Source: Phoronis australis (Eukaryota > Animalia > Phoronida). From it: a DNA stretch of 64,000 nucleotides. The translations under genes and the position numbers were made by a program. Below, piece by piece: positions 38,554 through 51,500 of the stretch. Position 1 is the first letter of the stretch; each line of letters starts with the position of its first letter. Below the pieces are notes generated by a model, which searched no databases, was not told the origin of the DNA, and worked only from the letters and a program-made list of their open reading frames with translations. The stretch is from NCBI GenBank assembly GCA_002633005.1, contig NMRA01000595.1, positions 34,423 through 98,422 of the forward strand, given 5' to 3'.

Positions 38554-38771
38554 AATATACAGTTTACCAGTAGGTAATATACAGTTTACCAATAGGTAAT
38601 GTACAGTTTACCAATAGGTAATATACAGTTTACCAATGGGTAATGTAAAATTTTACCAATAGGTAATATACAGTTTACCAATAGGTAATGTACAGTTTAC
38701 CAATAGGTAATATACAGTTTACCTAATGTACAGTTTACCAATAGGTAATATACAGTTTACCAATAGGTAAT
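38554..38771. repeat. 22-bp minisatellite (AAT[A/G]TACAGTTTACCAATAGGT), about 10 imperfect copies
   Basis: Direct reading; embedded in a dispersed repeat also found at about 31315-31570. Confidence 0.9.
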
Positions 38772-39345
38772 GCTGATCATATTTCATGACTCTGAAAGCC
38801 AACACAAAAGCTCGCTCCACAACTTCAACAGCAGAATAATGGTATACTGGCAACTTTGTTTGCACTGAATTTAGCTTACCCAAGGAAGAGTGTATGGACA
38901 TTAATTTTGTTTCAGATTTTATTTGGCCATTTTTTGCCCACAGCGGTGCTAATCTTTATTTTCAGAGCTTTGCACCAATAGTAGACTGGACTGGACCTTG
39001 CTTTAGAGAATACTGGACCTATTTAAGTGGAATCATCTTGTTCTCTAAATAACGTTACAATATGTCCAACCAGTATGATTACTAATGTAATAGGGCAAGA
39101 CTTCTGATCTTTAAAATGTTAGCAGTTGTATAATGCTACTCTCTGATTTGTTCATAAATCTACGAGCACAAATCTCAAAATGAGTCAGGGGTAGAGACCA
39201 GAATCAAATTTACTTTTTGGCCTAATCCTGCTTTTTAGTTCATTGCTTTCGTTGTCTGCCTCGATATTGACATTTGAATATACACTGACAGTGAATGAAA
39301 TGATTTTCTTGTTTCTTTTCAGTATGAAGTAATCCGTCCAGAGCA

Positions 39346-39594
39346 ATGATGAATATGAATCTGCCATTGGCATTATGCGTAGTACTTTTAAGTGTTTCTA
39401 TTGGTCAAGCAGCCGTGACAATCAAGGACAATCGCTGTGAAGAATCGACGCCTTCTGGAATCGTGTACAAGGCATGCCTGGGAGCGAGTACATATCCAAA
39501 ACCATACGGCAACACAACAGTACTGATCTCGCCCAGCGATATAACTTGTGGAAACCCTGCAAAGGATTATATTGACTTTAAGACACAGACTCCA
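39346..39594 (+). CDS. Laminin coding exon 1 (signal peptide, LN start)
   Basis: ATG 39346, upstream acceptor at 39322, CCA|gtaagt. Confidence 0.88.
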
Positions 39595-42500
39595 GTAAGT
39601 TCCCATTCTCTCTGCAGTGTAGCAAATGTTGACCATCCATTATTTGTGAAATTCACATTATATCCAGGTTCTCATTCACTTCCTTAAACACTTTAATGAG
39701 TAAAACAGAGCTGAGAGGAGTGGGAGACACCTTTGTGTTATGGTCAATTGTCAGCCAGTAAAGCCAGGCTTTGAACTCAAAGGGGGGTCCACGGCTCAAA
39801 CCACTGAGCCACTCTAATGAAACTTGACTCCAAAGTATGTCCTTTTCAATTTTGCACCTGTGACCTGTGAATTGTACTAAGAATGTTATTCAACAAAGTC
39901 AGCTTTCCATTACTAGATGTTTTTCGAAACATTTTTGTGCGATATTCAAGTTCCGGAAGTCGAAAGTGTGAGTCAAATTTGTCCACCTTATCCAGCATGG
40001 CTGTTTTGTGCTGTACTGTGAACTGTTGTTTAAAATTTAAGTGAAGTTATAGTAAACTTCTATTGACATTTCATTAAGGTTTTTGTGTTTATAAATTAAT
40101 CCATTGGTGCTTGTGTATAAATCGCAAACATCCTTATAGGTTTCAAAACTTTTTAGTGGCTCTGATACAGAATTTTCAAATTTGACGGAAATTACATATA
40201 AATCCATTAGTTCAAAAGTCCATGTTTGTACTGTGGTGAGTTTGTGTGCCACTGTATAACTTTGACTGTATTGTTGTCAAAAGACCAAAATGTCTTGATT
40301 TGCTTAAGAAATGACTTGTCTCTCATTTTGCAATTAGATTTTCAAACTCTTATGTGATCCAAACTTGTCTAGATAAAATTCATCAAACTTGTAGCTGTGA
40401 TGAGTCCAAATAGGTTTTGCGGAAAACTGCTTTTATGTTGTACATAATTGATGAAAGAAATGAATGACCTTAGTTTACCACTGCTATAGCCTAGAGTACT
40501 TATTGGTGTCTGGTGCAATGAGCACACGCCTGATGAAACATCGTGTATTAAACAAATAGGGCACTCTTTTGAATGCCCATAGCGATTGTTCATTGCTTGG
40601 AAGACTGTTTTTTATCATTCTAATTATTTCTTGCTTCTTAGGAAAAGTGCAGTGGAGACCAGCACTCAGCTGAGAAACTTTATGACTTCAAGCGTAGAAG
40701 GCCAGACTTCACCACATGGTGGCAATCACAAACGTGCACTGACTATGGTGCAGACATTCAGGCGGTGATCACAATCTCATTCGGCAAGATGCTTATGCTG
40801 GCTGACAATATCGACATTGATTTTCGCTCGGCTCGGCCACGCGATGCCGTCATAGAAAAGTCCATGGATTATGGAAAAACATGGACGCCGCTGCAAGCTT
40901 TCTCACGTGACTGCAGCAAGTATACGTCGATTGTGAAGAACGGTACAAAAGTTTATGGGAACGTTGAGGATATTACTCTGGAGAAGCCATACACTGTTGT
41001 GTGTGATGAGAGATACAGTGGACCTGTGGCCAGCCCAATGATTCTTGGCATTTTGGAGAGGTAAGGAGAGGAGAGTGAGATAGGGGGGTCGGCAAGGCAT
41101 TCACTGAATGTGTCACCACAGGGATTATAGGATGCTCGGAGGTGTTGAGTCAGAGGACAGGTGGAGAAAGGAGGGTGGAGGGGGGCAGAAGAGATCTGAT
41201 GTGTGAAAGGGGATATGATAGTAGTATGGAGCAAGGAAGGGCGAGAGGCTCATGTAAGTGGAGAGTTTGGGGGAGGGTGGTATGAAATAACGGAGGCGTT
41301 GGAATTGGGATTGGTGCTATGAGAGGGATGGGGAAATGAGAGAATGATAATTGTCTATAGATAAATGGTGGTATATAAGTATCCTTCGGACTTTTTTAAT
41401 GAATGACTGCTTTTTCATGTAGTTCTTTAATTATTTTTACTGCACTCTTACAAATTAAATCGTTTCGGAATTACTGACCAGAGTTACTAGTGAGCAAGAA
41501 ATTTGAAGTAAAACAGACAACATGCATGCTCAGATGACAAGGCCGCAGCTATAAATACGCAGTCTTCTGGGTAAATGTCAAATACACGTTGTTTGTATTC
41601 TCACACTCAATTTCAATTTTTTGAAAGGTCAAACAGCATTGTGGGTAAGGTCATGCAGCATTGTGGGTAAATTCAAGCGATTCAATCTTAGTAGACAAGA
41701 TGAGGGAACGAAAAACGTAAAGAGAAAACATTTATCATTAAGTCATGGAGTTAATTATGACAAAATCTTTGTGAAGAAATGAAAAAAAATGTCAATGAAT
41801 TTATTAAGTAATAGCTTTATAGATTAATTCACTCTGTTTATCACTAATGCGTTAACGTTTTTGTAGGTACCGTGATGTCTTCGGTATTGGGCCGGGCAGT
41901 GACCTCAACCCCCTGTACAGGTCATTCAATATGACCCCGTGGAATGACTTCCACCTGCTGAGTGACCTGAGGATTCACCTGACCAACCCGGCCATCGACG
42001 GCTGTGGAACATCCAGCACTTACGTGGATCAGCTGATGAGTTTCTTCGCCATTTCCCACATCACTATAGCGACAAGGTAAGAATGAAGGTTTTGTGGCTG
42101 TTTACCCTAGATGACCTTTCATGATTGGTCAGATGAATCGTCTGCTCAATGAATTAACTCCCTTTTTACTACAGTAAAGTGACTTAAATTGATTTTTTGT
42201 CCCATTTCACGTGGTTTTATTACTTATTAGTTTTTTAACTTATCTGTTCCTAATAATCCTTTTGTTAAATAAATTTTACTGTCATTGGGAGATTGGATTG
42301 TTGAATTGTGGATAAAACTGTAAGTCAACTGACAGTTTTTTTTGTGAGCTAAGATTTATTTCAGCAAGCAAGGGCCTTGTATTGCCTTGCCTTTGTGAGC
42401 ACACAAGTTAGTGTCTTCAATGGTGTCTGGCAAAGTTAGAAAAAGTATGTCTTTGCTACTTTTAGTCACAAATTAATAGATTTACTTATCAAACAAACTT

Positions 42501-45500
42501 GTCACAAAATAACATTAATGTTACTAACACTACTGCTGGTGCTGTTAAGTAAGACTTTAATTGTGTAGAAAGTTTGAAATAATTGTCATGGTTGCCATAT
42601 TTAATTTTATTTTTACTGAATAATTCACTTGTCACTACATTTTGTTTTAAATCGATCAAGGATTCGTATCACTGTTTACACGATAATTGATTTTCACCTG
42701 CAAGGTGTTGGTGTAACCTGCATGGTCGTACCTGTCTGAGGAACAACGAGGGCCTATACTACTGCCAGTGTCAACACAACACAGCCGGGGTGGACTGTGA
42801 GAAGTGTAAGCCTCTGTACAACGAGCGTCCATGGGCCCCGGGACGCTATGATACAGAGGAAGCCAATGAATGTATCAGTAAGTAGGAAGTTCTGGACTAG
42901 TTTGGTTACCTGCCACCAGGAGGAGACTGACAGTTTAGTGTAGGAATTTTAGTTATTAATTTTCCCTTATTTGGACTCCTGCAGATGTTTGGTTTGTTAG
43001 TAAATCAATGTATACTGTACAAATTTCTAGTTTGGTTTGGTTCCCTGCCACTAGGAGCAGACTGGTAGTTTGATGTAGAAATTTCAGAAAAGACCAAATA
43101 ATTTTCTTAAAATTAATTTTTGCGGAGAAATTTGTCAAAGTAGAATTTCTGTTGCTGTCTATATTGTGTAAATGAATCACTTTATTGTAGTTTGAGAGTG
43201 CGGTAGAACAAAACAAAAACAATGAAATGCCGAATGATTTTGAAACTTCATTATGCATTTTTGAGTGCATCCCCCTTCTTAGCTGAAGTCATGAAAATCA
43301 GTATAAGATGCTTGTTTATCTCGATTACTAAAAGTAATCATGGTTTTCTCTCAGCCGTTTGTTGTTGCTCTCTTATCTATGATAATTTATTACCATGTTA
43401 TGCTGATTACAATCCTATCATAATACTTTAGATTGGGTGTACGTGACCGCAGTTTACTTAAACTATGTACTACATGATAAGGATGTTGACTTTAGAATAA
43501 GATTTTGTGTGTTTGTATTTGAATTGCTGGTCATTAAATAGTCACTTGGAGTGTATTAGACATTGCTGTTGTAAGGTCTATTGATGGCATTATTTTTACT
43601 GATCTCTTGGTTTCGTTGAAAAGGTTTGACCAAGATGGTGCCTGTTAGAACAAAATGACCTGAATTTATCCAAAGTAACTAAATAAACGCAGTACGTGTT
43701 GCTGTTCTTGTTGTTGTCAAGTGTGTCCCAGATATGTTTAACAACAAAAATCAAGTGTGAGAATCTAGAATTGGAATTTCCGGGAATTATTTTTTAGGAA
43801 TCTTGTACAATTCATCAAGTCAGAACAGGACTCTGGTTCTCTTATGTTTTCTGTTGAGGAAGTTATGCTTACTTTGTACTGTATGGCTGTAGTATACAGT
43901 ACAGTCACTGCTTGTACTGTATGGCTGTAGTATACAGTACAGTCACTGCTTGTACTGTAGGACATGAAGAGACTTCAATAGAATGAGCTGTTTAAAAGAA
44001 ATCAAATTTGTTGTTTTTCTACAATTCAGGTCTATGGTGGCACTTTTCTGTGGCTTTCTAAAGAAATTTCGGTATTTGCAGAGACATTTTTCGTCAAGAT
44101 TTCTGGGACCCTTGTTAGTTACTCCCTTAGGTTAACATTACATTGCAGCAAATCTTGGTTAATAACTGAAATTTTGTGTCAAAGCTGAAAACCTGACTTC
44201 TGTTAAACACCTAATTGTCTTTTATTTGTTGAATGTGTAGTCCACGTATCGTTATGAAAATGCTCATGGCTTAATTATTAATTACTAAAATTAGAAGTGT
44301 GGGTGGGAAGAACTGGCAGCTCCAGACTGCATGACTCATGAAATGACATGCCGTATCAAGTCAAATAATGACATCTTCATTTTTACCCAGAATGCAACTG
44401 CAGTGAGCATGCCGACAGCTGTAAGTATAACGAGACTCTCAGCGGAGGCCAGTGCATCGATTGTTATCACAACACAGAGGGCGTCCATTGTGAAACGTGC
44501 GTCTTGGGGTACTACAGAAATTTGTCGGTGTCACTCACTGATCCGGCAGCATGCACATGTGAGTGTTAACTGTTATTTTGTCATCATTAGCGGGCATGTA
44601 CTGCACTTTCATCACCAGGGGGAGTGTTTGTTTTGGCTGATGTCTTGAAAATGACAATGTCTTGTCCAAGTTGGCAAAGTTGCTGTGCACATTGGAGTCA
44701 GAGAAGATTCTCAGTGATTGTTAAAATATTTTGTAGAAACAGAAGCTGAGTTGATAGCCGAAGTGAACACAGCAAAAATGAAAAATGAAGTTAAAATGAT
44801 TCATATTTGTTTTAATTGCCAATAGTATTTTGAAAATTCTATGCACCCATATCATCTTTAAAACATTAAATTTTAGCCATTTCATTTACTTGACGTATTT
44901 TTGTCCAAAAACTCTTGTATCACGTCTGACTAGTTGGAGAACCCTGCAGAGGTAATCCTTGAACACCTGTAGATCAACTATGTCTGTGTGTTCCTTCAGG
45001 TGTCGTAATGTTTATTGTTGTCAACGTGATTTGAACGTTATTTTCAGCTTGTGCCTGTGAAGCCAATGGTGTTCTTAATGGTGACATGACGTGTCTGCGA
45101 GAACCCACAATCCTCAGCCCTATTGGTCAGTGCAGTTGTAAACCTCTGGTCAAAGGTCGGGCGTGTGATGTCTGCGTGGATGGCTACTATGGACTGTTGT
45201 TACCCCAGGACCTCGGTGTTTGTAAAGGTAAACACCCTTTTAGTAGTGTTTTTGGTTTTAGCACTGTGTTAGGCGTATTAGGGTTGACAGATTGACAGCA
45301 GGGAATTGTTTCTCGAAGAGGCCATTTTCTTTTGACTTTTGCTAAAACTAAGCCAGCTGACGGCTTAACCAGTTTCGCGAAGTCATGCTATGGCAAAAAG
45401 TCAGAAATTCTGGGTACAACTTGAAGCCAAAAGTCCGAAATCCATGTCCTGCTTTTGAACAGACTGAAATCCAAAAGACAAAAAATCCTTTTTTGTTACA

Positions 45501-48500
45501 ACTCTTTGATAAACAGGTCCCATTAGATCTAATGTAATGGTATTCACATTTAATATGTGAAATGTAGATAATTAGACTTTTCATTTTATTGTATTTTTAT
45601 TGTATCGAAACCAGTCAGACTGGAGTTTAGGGCTGGTGCACGTATCATTTTGACAAGTTTGTTGCCGTTGGTGATAAAATTACACCCATCCTGTTGTTCT
45701 TTAATTTGCCATCCTCTTGATCTATGATTTACTTCTACTGTGTGACACTGGTTTGTTTCAGAATGTCAATGTAATCTAAACGGCACTGGTGGTCCCACCA
45801 TCTGTGAACCTCACAAGGGTCAGTGTCCATGTAAGGTGACCATCGAGGGACGCGCCTGCGACCGCTGTATGGATACCTACTATGACTTTCCCTCAGGAGG
45901 GAGGGACGAGGTGGGTTTTCACTATGAACACTATTGAAAGAAATAAATTTTTTAAAAACAAGATTTTTTGCAACTCAGTTCTTCTTTGCTATGCTCTTTG
46001 GTCCTGTTTCGAAGGTCACAATTCAACAATCTTTTCCTTTTATCAGAAAAATACTAAATTTTATCACAATTTGTCTAGCTTTGTTGAAACTAATTGCAGA
46101 AAACTTTACGGTAATTTTTTCTCACACCATTTGCCTCCGTACAAGCCTTTGTTTTTGCGTCCTTTGGTATTACCAAGTTTAAAAGTTGCACATAGGTTTT
46201 ATGGGTGCACCACTGTGGACACAAATTTTGATCAATGACACAACATAAAATAAAAGAAATTAAATAATCCCAAACTTTTATTTTAATTTTTTTTTGTCTT
46301 TTTTATGAATAAAATTATGGTCAGGTTTGCTGTTTTCCAACGTGCATGGTGGTTTGTTCTGGGCCAGTGGACTGTTGCCTTGGACCTGATGAATTTGAAA
46401 GGTACCCTGAGAATTTTGGAGGGGGGGTCGCCTGAGACCTAGTGATTGGAAGTGTTGTGTACGTTATGTTTTCTATTTCCAGAAGTGTAAGAGCTGCTCA
46501 TGTACACTAGGTGCCAGCACTAGTCCTGTCTGTGACAAGGTCTCTGGACAGTGCTCTTGTCGTGCCAACATCGACGGGCGGCGATGTGAGAATGTGCAGG
46601 ATGGTCACTACTACCCGTACGTGGATAGCCTCCTTCTGAAGGCATCGAGAGGCACGTGTGATGAGAAGTCTAGTGTAGATACTGCAACATTCACTGGCCA
46701 GCACTATATGTCGTGTGCTGCTAATCAGACTCTTGTGTTTGACTACTTTGAGACCTCGCCACATCTAAAAGTCAATAGGTTAGTAACCTTCCAATTAGGT
46801 TTACATTACGAATGTTATAGCTATTATTCAAATTACAGAGTTTAATTTTTGAATGACTTCTGGCCTTGAATGCAATAAGTATAGTGGAATATAATCAACT
46901 TTCAATGGAAAGATTTATAAATTGAACCAGGTGGTTGGGAGGTTTTGCACTCAGTAAGTAGATTCTGTTGTATAGGATGTGGTTCTGCTGTTTGATTACA
47001 AGGCGATTTATGTAATCCAAAATTTACAACAAAGTGGATCAAATGATTGATACAGTATTGAGAAATATATTTTTAGGAAGTTAAGCTTAGCCATAATTTC
47101 TTTAGCCATCCAACACACAGCATGTCAAAATTTCAAAGATGGATTTATTTCTGAGGGTAGTCGATCCCAGACACTGTGACCACTGGTCACTAATTTTTTA
47201 TTCTCTTCTCATTCACTTCAAACCTACAAGTGGCTCTGTGCACCTCAAACCTAATACTCACTTTCAGTACATTCATGTTGGCTCTCCGATTCACCAATGT
47301 CTACGGACCGTGGACCAACTCTACACTTACCATGACTGTCCGTGGGAACTCAAATGCAGACGTGAGTAAATACAGTCAGCCAGGTGCTCCATTGTCTCCA
47401 CAGTGCCCTCTATCTCAAGGAGCAAATACATTGATGAAGGTCGACCTGTCGCCTGGTGAGTGATTTGTTAACTACATGTTTTTGCGAGTGCAGTGTGTGA
47501 CAGGCAAATAGTCTTACTCTGGATACCATGATTCCATGACTGGGCTTCTAAATTTGAAATGCAACTCCCTGAACCCCAGCCATCAGTATAGCAAACATCA
47601 AACCCGCAGTACAAATTCCATACCCGCACCCGTAAACTGCACCCACATGCCTAAAATACCTCCTACCCGGTGACCATATTTCTGTGTTAAGGCCATCTGA
47701 ATACTCAAAACATTCTTTCTAATGCTTGCTGAGTAGAACTTTATCGTTCCTTCCAGGGACCAACAATGCATGGACGTCATCTGGTGTTCTCGATGTCAGA
47801 TGTCGCTACCAGTTCACTCTGAATGTTGGATTCCCAGAGACGTCGGGCCGAGAAGTGAACATTGACTCCCTGGTGATACTTCCAGATGTTACAGAGTTTG
47901 AAGCATTCACTGAGAGCGGTAAGGATGTTGAAATGGGTTGTAAGGGAATTAATGTGATTTGGCAATGATGGATTTTTCGGAATTATATGTTTTGTAGATG
48001 CTTAGTAAATCAATGGAAATTGGCATTGACATATTGGTAGTAAAGAATAAAAGCAGTTAGTGTACTGTTTTTTAAAAAGTGGATGACAATTGCTCATAAG
48101 TCCACAAAACATTACAGATCATTAACTCACGCCGTGTTTGCTGAAAGGAAATCATTCTGTTTTTTATTCTGATCCTGTTAAACACTCATTATTTTTTGTG
48201 GCAAGTGGTTCAGTTCTAATGTTGTTCTTGGGTGGAAGTTGATTAGAGCTGGAAATGTGATGTGTCACAAGGACGGTGTCAGTAATACTGTATGATACTG
48301 TTTCATCAAGAATACGAGGGCGTCTCCTTTGGGGGGGGGGGGTAGGCACACAAAATGTGTTGTAATTAATTAGTGGTTTTGTGGAATAAAACAAAACAAA
48401 GATATTTTGCCCAAAAGTATAAAAGTAACATTACCTAATTTTATCCTGACTTGAAACTGTAGAGACATAACTTTTATCTGTTTCCAAAGCCCTCCGTGAA

Positions 48501-51500
48501 AGTCATGTATGGCAGATTGACTTTTTTGATGAGATCACAGCGCAGAGTGATGGTGATTTCATCTCAGCCGACTTCATTACCAACATGCGCTGAAAAAGCG
48601 AGTGACAAACTATCTAATTTACTCTGCTAAGAGATAAAATTATTCTTTTGTTGCTAAGGTATGTTTTTTGATATTATGGAGTTTTAAAGTAAAAAGTCAA
48701 ACATGGCTTTTCCTGTTATGTCTGATTGTGGATTACTGCGGCATTCAAACCAGCAGTCTTTGTAGGTAAGGTGGTACCTGAGGTCAAAATTTTATTGGTT
48801 GAGGGAAATACCCCCAGTTTATACTAATATGGCGCTCCCACTCTTGTCGCCACCCCTCATCGGCTCAGCTTAAAGTAGTCAATATAAACTAACATTGTGT
48901 GCTGTTTTAAATCATCCCCTGAGTGAGTTACTGTTCATTCTAATCTTGGTGGATTTTTTAATCACTTGAGAGGAAATTTTAGGCCCGAGGAGGGGAATTT
49001 CGCATTATTTTTTTTTGTTTAAGAGGGGAATTGGGGCTGATATGTGGCTCTAAAATCGAGGGATCGTGGCCCTGTGTTCAAGTGTAATCTTTACAGTAAT
49101 CATGAAATTCTCGGATATTTTGTCTGATTTCTGTAACTTTGTCATCCAGATTTAGGGATCAGAACAGACTATGTGCGATGCATGTCCAAGTTTGCCAGCC
49201 TCAACACGCGACAGGGCTACGTGAGTCGGAGTGAGTGCCAAGATATGACCTACAGTGTCTCCACCCAGCTGAACAATGGAGCCATAGGTATGCCCTGTAT
49301 AACCTGATTGTGGCCGTCATTTTACTTACCATTGTCAAATTAAACAACGTATTCCAGTGCTTCTTCATCAGTAGTTTATTAAAGCTTGGGTTATTGCTGG
49401 CATTAATACAGTGTTCATTCCAGAATTTTAAATTTGTGGTCAGAGTGGGTTTTCTGGTTGTAAAAATATGGGCGAAAATGGGGGATCTTGAAATTTTTGT
49501 TTTAGAAAGGAAGAAAGAAATTTAGCCAGCTAACTGTCAATTGATTTTACATAGATAACAGAATTTAAAAGTTATTTCTTTGTAAACAAATTTGCTAAGT
49601 AGCACAGTGACAGTGATGTCTGAGATTTTTTCAGGAACAGAATTTTTGTGTACTCCCGTTGAAATTTGACAAAATTCTGCAATTGCACATGATGAGGACA
49701 GAGCGATGTAAACAAATAAGTGAAACACAGGTGGCAAGATTCTTGGCCTGGTGTGAATCAAACAGGGCTTGGAATTTTCCGCAGAAACGCGGATTTCCGC
49801 TTTTTTCAAATGTTCTGTCCGCGCATTTTATTATATTTCCGCGTAAAAAAAATCGGATTTGATATAAAATTTCCGCGGCAAATTCCTTTCTTACTGCGAC
49901 GTTGCAGACGACGTTCACCTCGAAAAGAGGAAGTTGCTCTTTATGTTTCGGAGGAACGTAAATTGTCAACATTACCGGGGCATCTGGGATAGCGTGGTGA
50001 GATTTTCAATGGCGTCTCATGTTATTGTAAACCACGGCGACAAATACTACGGCTCTGCAGCCAAAAATGTTTGGGTTAGGAGTGGACGAATGAGCTAAAA
50101 GGACGCAGACGCACGCTACTGATGGTGGTAAGGTTTTTTTTTAGTCCCCCCCCCCGATTTTTGTCGGGGAAAGGGGTTCACATCGACATTTCAAGGCTGG
50201 GTAGCGTGCATGATTTGGGCCGTAAGAGTTTCCGCGTTTTTTGTCATTGGTTATTCCAAGCCCTGATCAAAGACAATTATATAGAAAATTTTTTTTAATG
50301 AAAATTTATCTGAATTTTTGCAAAGAGTCAAATTTCCTTTTTTGTGCGTTTCATGTTTGGTTTGATTATTATCTGCTTGTGACACGATAACTTCTTTCCC
50401 AGAATGCAACTGTGATCCTGATGGGACAGTAGCTAACACGAGATGTGAAAAATATGGCGGACAGTGTCGGTGTAAACCCGGAGTGTTTGGCCGGAGGTGT
50501 GACCAGTGTCGTCCTGGGTATTTCAACTTCACCTCCACAGGGTGTACACGTAGGTTTAAGAGATTTTCTTGTTTGAAAACCAGATGTGCATTTGCGATTC
50601 TAATGTAAGAGCAAACGGTGCTTATATTGTGATCTTGTTTGATGTTGTCCATTTGACGTTATCCATTTTATAATGAATTCATCTTCCGTAGGTGTTATTC
50701 ATTATACTGTGGCTGTTATTGAATATGTGTTTTGTAACACCATCATTTGTACCTTCAGAGTGCAATTTTTGGCGACAGCATGAATGGCAATAGTCTGATA
50801 TAACGTGCCTGTATTTTGAGAACCAGTTTGATGCCTGTTATTCAGTGGAGAAAACTGGTTCTCAAAATTCAGACAGACTATTACTGCATAAATTATTGCT
50901 ATAATCGTGGTATGTTGATTTGTATTCAATTTTAAGTTTTATTTAATAACTAAATATACATATACATATTAAAAATAATTTTTAATTGTCAAAATGACGA
51001 AAATGCCTTTGAAAACATTTTGAATTTGAATCGTGTTTTTCAGTAGTAACATTGAATCTCAGCAAATAAAAGTAAGTTATAATGTTAAGAAAAATAACTG
51101 TGTTTTTTTTAACACGTGAATACCTTACAATATCTTTTGACATTCCACAAGTCAAGCTCTATTCATGAGTGTAATTACTTACAGCATGTGATTGTGACAA
51201 GACAGGCTCCAGTAACTTGGTGTGTGACTTTAAGACTGGTCAGTGTCCCTGTAAGATCAATATAGCGCTCGCCACCGACTTGACGGCTATAAACACACAA
51301 GGTTTGTAAAATGTTGATTCCAGGTGACATTGTTATAGAATGTGAAGGAGGCTTAATAATTTTTTGAACACTGTTTTTTATTAATCATCCATGCAGGTAA
51401 AATACACCTTGACTCTCGGAATTTGAGTATGGGAGGTATTTGTTTGTCCCGGGTTGCCAGTTGCAAAAAGCTGCTTCCTCAGGAAAACGAGGGAATTATG

